A DNA stretch of 64,000 nt from Chrysomallon squamiferum (Eukaryota > Animalia > Mollusca), in assembly GCA_012295275.1 (NCBI GenBank), contig CM022665.1, positions 30,070,001-30,134,000 of the forward strand. Direction: 5' to 3'. The first letter of the stretch is position 1; every line of letters begins with the position of its first letter. A program made the position numbers and the translations under genes. This document shows positions 54,770-64,000 of this stretch, in pieces. A model generated the notes under the pieces. It was not told the DNA's origin. It saw nothing but the letters and a program-made list of their open reading frames with translations, and did no database searches.

Positions 54770-56440
54770 ATTAACAGGAGGCTACATATGTTCATGGCCA
54801 CACCCTAGATGTCATCACCCTAGGGATACAATGTTGATGTCACTGACCTGCGACTATGTCATCATATGGGCAGGCTATCACAAAACCATTTTGCAGTTAG
54901 CTTCAAAGCACAGCCAAACCTGCTCCATGCCAAAAAACAGTTTCTTATAGGAAACTATGCACAGCTAATGTTGAGGCTTTTAAACATGAAAAAATAGTTT
55001 CCACCACCCTCCATCAGTACACAACAGTGGACTGAACTCCACTGTATCAGTGCATGCCCTGCATTCTACCAAAACAATTATATGTACACAGACAATCTCC
55101 ACCAAGCAAAACATCTCAGATGCAAGTTTGAATACAAATGGTGAATATCAAAATTGACCACTGACCACCAAAATATACAAAAATCAGTGCATAGTAATAA
55201 ACTGACTACTAACAGAAGCATGGGTGTCCTACTACGTGAACAAAGAGAACTCGTATGGGTGGCATATATTGGATAACCAGTCATCTGTTAAAGTGAAAAA
55301 GCATTGATCTCTAGATGGAATTTCATCTAGATAAAAAAGGCATATTTATTTCTTCATAAAAGAAAATAAAACCATCAGTCATCTGTTAGGCTTTCTGAGA
55401 TGATCAAAAGCAGTCGATCTCTACCCAGTGGATCTTTCATCTCAACATCTGATTGTAAATCCTTTGGAAGTGCATAAGATCATCAGCAAATCTCTAGATA
55501 AATCTTGTGAGCTTGATCGAGTACCAATGTGGTTTTGGGAAGCAGTGATTAGATGAACTCACACATCTTGTGACTAACATCATCAACACTATCATGGAAT
55601 GCCAGTTATGTTCCAAAGGTCTTAAAAATATGCTCACACTGGACCTCTTCTGAAGACCCATGGTTGAACTCTGAGATTCTTAGACATTACAGACCAGTCT
55701 CTAATCTCCAAAATAGTGGAAAAGATTGTAGCAACAAACATGCTCCATGAAGGTCATTTGTCAGGAAGCACTGGCCTTTATCAAAAGCAGCCTCAAAGAC
55801 ATCGAGACCAGGATGCATTGCAATATGTTGAAGCTAAATGCTCAACTACAACAAATCCAGAATACAGCAGCACTCATTGTGACCAGGACACCACAGCACA
55901 AACACTGAAGGAGCTCCACTGGCTGCCTGTCTGCTGTAGGATAAAGTACAAGTTCTTGGTTCATACATGCAATGCCTTGAACAATTGTTCCCCAGAACAC
56001 ACCAAGAACATGCTGGAAGTGTACAGGCCAAGTCGGACTCTACAATCACAGAATTCATTAAGATTAGTAACATCAAGAATAAGAACAACTACATACTGCC
56101 AGAGATGTTTCACTTGTGCTCCACTGACTTTGTGGAACTCATCCCCAAGTAATATCAAGAAGGCAGAATTCAAAATAGTACTAAAGACCCATTTCTTTAA
56201 AATCCATTTTGCTAATATATAGTTATGCTTTATTTTTACAATTTTAAAATGTTCAAGCTAGTCTATTAATTATCTTATACAATTTTTACAACCATTTTAA
56301 CATTATGTTTGTTTTGATATATTTATGTCCATGTCTTTTTATAATTTAGTTTATTATTTATTAAAAGCACCTTTGTACTTACTTAGTATGGAAAAGATGC
56401 TATATAAATGTGGTATAAATACTAATAATAATAATAATAA
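54770..56440 (+). mobile_element. Degenerate, internally deleted L2/CR1-group LINE (ORF2 remnants)
   Basis: Endonuclease-end motif ATYVHGHTLDVI, CELD, YRPVSNL, and L2-type C-terminus LKELHWLPVCCRIKYK...YRPSRTL...TLWNSSP...FKIVLKTHFF. (TAA)n tail at ~56423-56440. Confidence 0.88.
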
Positions 56441-58393
56441 ACATCATAGAAGAACAGATCAAAATAAATGTTTGAACATATCTTTAACACTAACACCTGA
56501 ATCAAAAAGTGTGTGTGTGTGCATTGGTGCATATGTATGTGAGTGACATGCCCCAGATCCCCCTAGCAAATCTGGCTGTTTGTGTACAGCCTGATGTAAC
56601 TGTAATTCTGTCAATAACAAAATCGCACACTGAGAAAATAAAGTGAGTTTACAGGATACTAGAACTTGTACAAGTCTTCCATTTAAAATTTATGCTGCTG
56701 CTGATTTTTTAGCAAAAACTGTCCAACATTATGATGTTTTAATTAAAGAATCTCCAGTTTTGTTCCCCCACAATGACCCATTCTTCAGCAAAATCCTGTC
56801 TAAGCACCAGGAAGTAGGTAAAAGGGCCTAGTAAACTTGTTCATGTCTATAACATTCAGTACAGTTCACTTCTTTTGACAGACACAGTGTCATCTAAACA
56901 AAACCAGTGATTAACATGCAGTATCCACACTGCATTTATATTTCACCTTTTGAAAAGAAAGCAATAACAGCTAAACAGCATTTTTGTCAATACCTACTAA
57001 TTATTTATAAAATTTAATAACATTTAGAGTCCTTGTGACATTTACAAATATGAATTTCATAGAAGTATAAAATAAAGTTTTACTTGGTGTGACCTATTTC
57101 CTGTGTAAAAGTGGCTCTAGCAAGCTTCAAACATCACCATTTTTATCAGAATTTTAAAATTTCGGAATTAAGCTTCACATCACCACAATGCTGCTGGTAA
57201 CATACCTCATGATTTTTTTGTTTGCTTCTTGTTGTTTTTTGTGTTTTTTTCAGGCCCCGGATAACTTGTTTAACATTATTAGAATTAAAGCTCAAATACT
57301 GAGACAGGAAAACAGAAATGGGCGAGAATGTAAGCATTAAGTAAATAAAATAAAATAAATAAATAAATAAATAAATTATAACACAAATGGCTGCATTAAA
57401 ACTTTATTGTAATAAGAAGCAAAATGAATCTTGAATATTATGTGTTTATTATGCACCCTCATGTTCCTAAACCAATTATGTTTTTAAATAAACTTTTAGT
57501 TTTGTCTCTCTGAGCCTACAGTCACAATGAACAGGAGTCCCAAATACATTAAATAAAAAAAATCTAATTAAATTTAAAATTGCTAACAAGACATTTTTTT
57601 CACTTTTTAAATAAACCAATATAAAAATATAATTATATAGTTAGTTTAGGAACATGTTAAAATACTATAGAATAAAGTGAAACTTCATAGTTTTATACAT
57701 CTTGTAAAAAAATCATACTTTTACCAAAAATATATCCCAGTTTACTATATTATTATTACATTATTGGTAAAAAAAATCTTTGTTTTTAATACCTTTTATA
57801 TATATTGTTTAACAGATTAGTACTTTTTAGAAAAGTTAAGCAAAAATTAAAATGATAAGTGCATTTTCAAAAAAAAACACAAAAAAACAAAGCAAAAAAA
57901 ATAAATTAAAAAAAAGTAAAATAAAATTAAAGATTCAAATTGCTCTGTTTCATCTAAGGTGAACCATTACTAAAATCTGCAGCATCTTGGTGACAGTAGT
58001 CACTCTATTAATATAAATAATGCTACATCCACTAGGCACAGCAGGCATATGCAGAATAAATCTAATTTTAATGTATTTCTCTTTAACCACTGGTGAGGCT
58101 TCATATTGGGGTTATATCAGTTTCTATTTCAGACATTTTTGTAACCTTCATTGGATTAAACTCTCTACCAACACTATTATTACTCTGATTGTTAGTGATA
58201 CAAAAATACTATAAAATGCTTATCTATTATATTTATCATTACATCTATATAAAATGCAAATTGTTTTTCTACTTTCTATCAGTTGAAATTCAAAATAATA
58301 GAAGTCTCTAAAAGCTATATATGTCTTTTTATATAAAAATGTAAATTCTATGTAAATTCTGTGTGTGTATATGTATGTACATATTTCAGAATT

Positions 58394-61300
58394 TTATTTG
58401 AAAAACATAAACATAGCAGCAAGACAGACCAAGACTAGATTTTTCGACACATCTTTAACACCAGCACCTGAAACAGAATAAAAATATACTTACTAGTAAT
58501 ATATCACATATATAATTTTACAAGATGTCCAGGACCAGATCTGATGGGAGGTCTCATGAAAAAAACACTTTTACTGATTATTATTAAATATAATAAATGT
58601 TTGAACATATCAAAAAGTGTTATTTCAGTATTACAGTGTATCAGACATTACAAAAAGTTGATGATTCTGTGTGTCTCCTGGAACCTCACCTACTCAAAAC
58701 CCCCTTGTCTACCTCACAGATCAGGTCCTGAGTACATTGTTTAGCTTTGTAGGTGCATTTGTATATATGTTTGTGTTCATTTGGCTGTGTATGTGTTTGG
58801 GTTTGTTTAGCTGTGTATGTACATTTGGCTGTGTATGTGTATGTTTGTATATGTTTAACTACATATGTGTATTAAAGTATGTTTGTATTGGTCTGTCACA
58901 ATATCTGCTTGTATTGTATGACGTGTACTGATGTGCATGTTGTGTGTTTATATCTGTGTATGTTGCTGTGTATGGCATTGTTTATGTGGCTTTATATGAA
59001 AGGATTGTAAACACACAAAATGGAGGAGAAATTGAAAGTCTTTGTATTTTCTTGTAAACTTATGTTAGTGTCATGCTACTTTAATAAAATATAAAATATA
59101 TTTAGACTATTTTGATAAAGAAGATTCAGTTTATAAACCACTCACCTCCTTTGGTTGGACATGCTGAAAATAACCATAATATTATACATTAAAATGTTTA
59201 CTTTATTGAAAACAGTAATCTAAAATAAAACTTTGATATGGTTTGAACACACATTTTTACTATGAACACAGATGGTTTTCTGAATTTGAAATCTTGATCA
59301 TTATATGATATACTGACACTTTATTTTAATTGATGTAAAATTTTCACATATTATTTTCAATAGGTTTAACCTACAGTTAGTTAACAAACAGAAAGATGAT
59401 TTTAAAAAGTATATCTGAAAGTCTTTTATCCTTTAATCTCATACAAGACATGTTATTTATTTACATTACAGGTCTTTTTCTTACCATTGTCTTGTTTTAC
59501 TGAAACAAACAAATCAGCTTTCAGGCATTCATTGCTGCGGATGTAGTCGTTGACAGTGTTGTTGATGCTGTCAGACATTGTCTTGGTTCTGCTGAAGATC
59601 ATTGAGTACCACTGATTACAAGTGCCATTTTCTGCCTTCTCATAACAGCCATACACTATTCCATAATTAACGTAATCTGTCTTCATAACCCAGTATGGAA
59701 CGCGGCCTGTTTGATAGAGAGAGGAGGAGTTATTTATTTGTTTTTTATTTAAGTATTTATTTATTGATTTTGTTTACACACACCCACACATTTTATTCTC
59801 TAAATGAAAATCGGACATTTATTATGAACATAGGCAATGGCAGGATATATTTATTTATGTTTCACTGAAAAATAAATGTATTTACTTTTAAACTGTTTGT
59901 TATTTAATAATACAGTATAATTTATCCTGTTTCACTTTCACCAAAAGATTCATTTTCTCCACCTTTCAGCCAGTGATGGGTTTACTTATAATTAAACATG
60001 TCTTGAAACTATAAAAGAAATCACAGACGTTTTGGCTGCTACTTTTTTTCAGACTATGATGATTTGGATTTTTTATTTTTTATTTTTTTCCTTTTTGTTT
60101 TCTTTAAAGATTAATTATATCAATATAAAATTTAAAATAATTATAGTGTTATATAACATATATATATTTCTATAATTAAGAAAATCATAAAAAAATATAA
60201 CGACCTCTGGTAAAAAAAAGGTTAGCTGGCTACTTTTAGTGTCCTTTAAAGGACATAGTGTTATTACTAAATTATAGTACAGGTACTGAGTCATTTATCT
60301 GACATTCTTTAGGATGGGATTTGGTCCATTTTTCTAGATATAGGCTAAACATTAATGTAAAATATCAAATTAAAAATTATGAATGAAGCTGTATTTAACA
60401 AATAAACCTAAAATAGTGTCTGTTTGATCATTATTAATTTGCTTAAAATTCTCATTGAATACACTTTTCAGTAGCAATAATTGAAAATGGGAGTCAACTG
60501 AAACAAAAGATAATGTATTGTGAGAGAATCACCTGCACACAATATTATTTAATTATTTTTATTTTTTTATTTTTTTTTTATTATTTTTTTTTTTTTGACT
60601 GTATGGAAGGAAATGTTGCTATGCTCCATTATCATTTAAACAAAATAAAAAATTGTTCTGTATAATTAATTCAGCTGCATACATTAATAAAAGTGTACAT
60701 ACCACCTTCATATTTAAAGTACAACAGTTTTCCTTCAGTGGATGTTTTTGTCAGTTCACCCGTGTAGTACTCACAGTCACCTGATTTGTTTCTTAAAATA
60801 AAATAAATTAATAAATAAATAAAATGAAAATAAAATAAAATAAAATAAAATAAAATAAAATAAAATAAAATAAAATGAAATAAAATAAAATAAAATAAAA
60901 TAAAATAAAATAAAATAAAATAAAATAAATAAATAAATAAATAAATAAATAAAAACAAAATAAAATTAAAATAAACATACAGTAAGTTTAATAAATAAGT
61001 AAATGAAATTCCTTCTGAATATCCAGATATACCTTATTATATGTTTAATGACTTTTATTGCATAATTTATGCATGTATACCTATATATATATCTCATCAT
61101 ATGTATTTATGTATTTTTTAAATCGATTTTACAGTTAGATTTGCTGTTACCTTCCAGAATTTTCAAATGTGATGTTGCCTTTGCTGTCAATTTTGTACTC
61201 TGCTTGGAAATTGTCTAAGTCATCTTTAGTGAAATTGGAAGATTTCCATCTTTTTGTAGTGAAAAACAAACAAGAGTGGAAGATTTCAAAAACATTCAAA

Positions 61301-62451
61301 AATACTGATGTTTTGTAACACTTTCCAACAAAGAACTAACAATGAAACGAAAAACAACAAAAATACTGATGATGATGATTGTAACACTGATACATAACTA
61401 CAACAACAGTAATAACAGTAACAATGATAATAAAAAACAGAATCAAAAAAAAATTAAAATTGTAACACTGATACAAATAACTGATGAACAATGATGATGA
61501 TTGATAACACTGATACATAACTACAACAACAGTAATAACAGTAACAATGATAAGTAATAAAAAAGAATCAAAACAAAAATGTTGATGATGATGATTCAAA
61601 CATTAACAGTAACAATTAAAATTAAAACAAAGTGCTGATGATGATGATTCAAACATTGGTATGTTACAACAACAAGAGTGATAACAGTAACAATGATAAT
61701 AACAACAACAAAATCAAAACAAAAATACTGATGATGATGATTGTAACATTGATGCATAACTACAACAACAACAGTAATAACAGTAACAATGATGATAACA
61801 ATAACAAAATTAAAACAAAAATACTGAGGATGATGATAAACAAGAACATAAATATTAATGCTGAAATAGATGATTACAGTGCTAATAATAACAACAACAA
61901 TAAAATTTCATGAGTATGATTATATTAAGAGTAATAATACTGAAAACTGGTGGTTAAATACTAATAAAACAATAACAGTAGTCATGATTATTTTGACAGT
62001 AATAATATGTAAGACTGGTGATTACAATACTGATAAATGACAATAATAATGAATATGATGAAAATAACAATTATTATAAAAAATAACAAAACAATAATAA
62101 TAATACATACAAGCAGTTGTTTTTGGGGTTTTTTTAAATTTATTTATTTATTGTATTTTTAAAAGTAAATATCTAGATAAACCTAAGGAATTTTATGAAT
62201 GTGGCATTTGAAAGAAGTTATAGAGAAGAATGTTGAATATATTAAATATTAAATATGTCAGATACTACGACTTTTTACTGTTTTATTGAGCCTTAAAAAA
62301 CGGACATAACTTTAGTTACAACCTGATATTTAATTACATTCACAAAAAACTGCTGAAATATAAAAGGAATTAAGTATAAATTGTTCATTTTAAAAAGTCT
62401 TATTTCTTTTTATTATTTTTCTTTTCTGGAGCTCTTTTTTTTTTATTATTA

Positions 62452-62500
<49 letters not shown>

Positions 62501-62699
62501 TTTTGTTTTGTTTTGAATTAATCATTAAAAAAAAGAAAAAGAGAAAAAAAAAAAAAAAAAAAACAACAACACGATAATAATAACAATAATAATAATTATT
62601 ATTATAATGAGTAATCTAACAAATACAGTATTGGAAAAAAATACTCTTAATTATAAGATTTGTTATTTTGTACTGTACACAGCTGAAATTTTTACTTTA

Positions 62700-62731
<32 letters not shown>

Positions 62732-63067
62732 AAAAAAAAAAAAAAAAAAAAAATTAAAATTAATTTTATTTAAACGATGAAACCAAAATCGTCATGTAAA
62801 ACAGAATAACATAACTTTGTACGAATATTAAATAAACACCATCTGGGTAATATTTATTTTATATATTTTAATTTAAGTAATTACATTTTATCTTCTGTTT
62901 TATCTTCTTCTCTCCCCCTCCCCGTTATTTCCGCTTCCGATAGAGGCCCCTATCAAAGTTCTTGCAATGTTATTTTTTGTCAGTCTAAGGGTGATTTTTA
63001 ATAAGCTATTATTTAATTATATTTAAAAAAAATAAAAAATAGTCTACAAAAAAAACCCAACAAGAAA

Positions 63068-63120
<53 letters not shown>

Positions 63121-63131
63121 ACATAAGAAAC

Positions 63132-63203
<72 letters not shown>

Positions 63204-63576
63204 ACAGCAACAACAACAATAAATAAAATAAAAACATTGAATTTCATCAAATCATTTTATCTTATCAAATAACGAAACAAATTAATAATAATTACAAGGT
63301 GACAATGTTTAAAAACAACACAAAGTAATGACGTTTGATTTTAATTTTTGACATATTACAAATCTTTAATTTTTAAAACTAATTGGTTTTTGTTGTTCTT
63401 GTTGTGATTATTGCTGTTGTTGTTGTTGTTATTTTACATTTTACTTATCAACTCACCTTTTTAGCATCAAAATTGTCTTGAACTGGGAGGGAGTCAGGTT
63501 TACATTCAGAACTTTCAGAAAAACAGAAGCAAAAAGACAAGATGATAAAGCAAATCACCATTTTACCTCCAGCCAT
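58394..63576 (-). CDS. Lipocalin (ApoD/Lazarillo/RBP-like), ~235 aa, signal peptide and probable GPI-anchor signal
   Basis: Minus-strand exons 63576-63457, 61335-61151, 60791-60703, 59706-59485, 59163-59146 and 58467-58394 are phase-consistent (708 nt). CKPDSLPVQDNFDAKKFFVGKCY (SCR1 position), YWVMKTDYVNYGIVYGC (SCR2), IFSR (SCR3), hydrophobic end GGAG...LVLVCLAAMFMFFK*. Confidence 0.88.
58530..58730. mobile_element. Possible ~200-bp MITE in the last lipocalin intron
   Basis: Inverted ends CAGGACCAGATCTG / CAGATCAGGTCCTG; no TSD found. Confidence 0.4.
60815..60975. repeat. (TAAAA)n / (TAAA)n microsatellite
   Basis: Long near-perfect run seen directly. Confidence 0.95.
61350..61910. repeat. 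Degenerate ~80-90-bp tandem repeat in lipocalin intron 1
   Basis: Repeated 'aaaatactgatgatgatgattgtaacactgatacataactacaacaacagtaataacagtaacaatgata'. Confidence 0.85.
63133..63202. repeat. (TAA)n directly abutting (TTA)n, forming an inverted microsatellite
   Basis: Seen directly; the two halves are self-complementary. Confidence 0.9.
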
Positions 63577-64000
63577 CTTTAGCTTCAGTATGCAACGACG
63601 TTGCAGGTTTTAATCAATTTATACACAATTTCAGGGGCGTTGTTACTCCAAATTTCAAAATAATTTGTATTCTATTGGTGTTGAAAAACGTACTTCAGCA
63701 GTAACAAGGCAGCAGGTCATATTAATATTTTGGATGATGATGGACGTTTTTCTTTTTTTGTGTGTTTGTTTTTAATATTATAATGGATTATCATCTCAGT
63801 AACTATGGGTGTGTTATGTATTATATAAAACATAATGAATGTAAAGAGGGAAAAACAATAATCATTTAAAACAGAATGATGATGATTATACATTACCCAT
63901 TCTTGAACAGAACATATGAAAACAGAATCAAGATATCATTCAGCATTTTTCTTGCTATTTATTTATTCATCATTATTTTTATAGACTACATACGACAAAA

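Noticed and set aside
55716-56222. 168-aa ORF as a functional gene
   Set aside because: It is the 3' end of a degenerate LINE ORF2 lacking the RT core.
56640-57340. Possible additional exons between the LINE and the lipocalin
   Set aside because: No consistent splice chain or recognisable protein motif on either strand.

Overview
Very AT-rich, intron-containing animal genomic DNA, probably a mollusc (gastropod-like SINE; taxon is inference). There are no prokaryotic features. Manual splicing gives four multi-exon genes. (1) The last four exons of numb (+, 568-2949). (2) An uncharacterised ~684-aa type I membrane glycoprotein (-, 12095-19551) with two lamin-tail-like modules, a mucin stalk, a TM helix and an acidic FENKLY tail. 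(3) A complete 15-exon POLE2 (+, 22607-53103, 526 aa), head-to-head with gene 2, carrying a GC-AG intron, a U12 intron and a 20.4-kb last intron. (4) A 6-exon, probably GPI-anchored lipocalin (-, 58394-63576) whose GxW motif is disrupted by an in-frame insertion. The most notable observation lies inside the large POLE2 intron: a same-strand 120-codon ORF (48198-48560) with its own TATA box, a cluster of NR5A/ERR-like sites upstream, an SLLxxILT nuclear-receptor-box-like motif and a splice donor 6 nt after its stop. Mobile elements include Sola2-like, pogo/Fot1-like and hAT remnants, an L2-type LINE, a SINE and MITEs.
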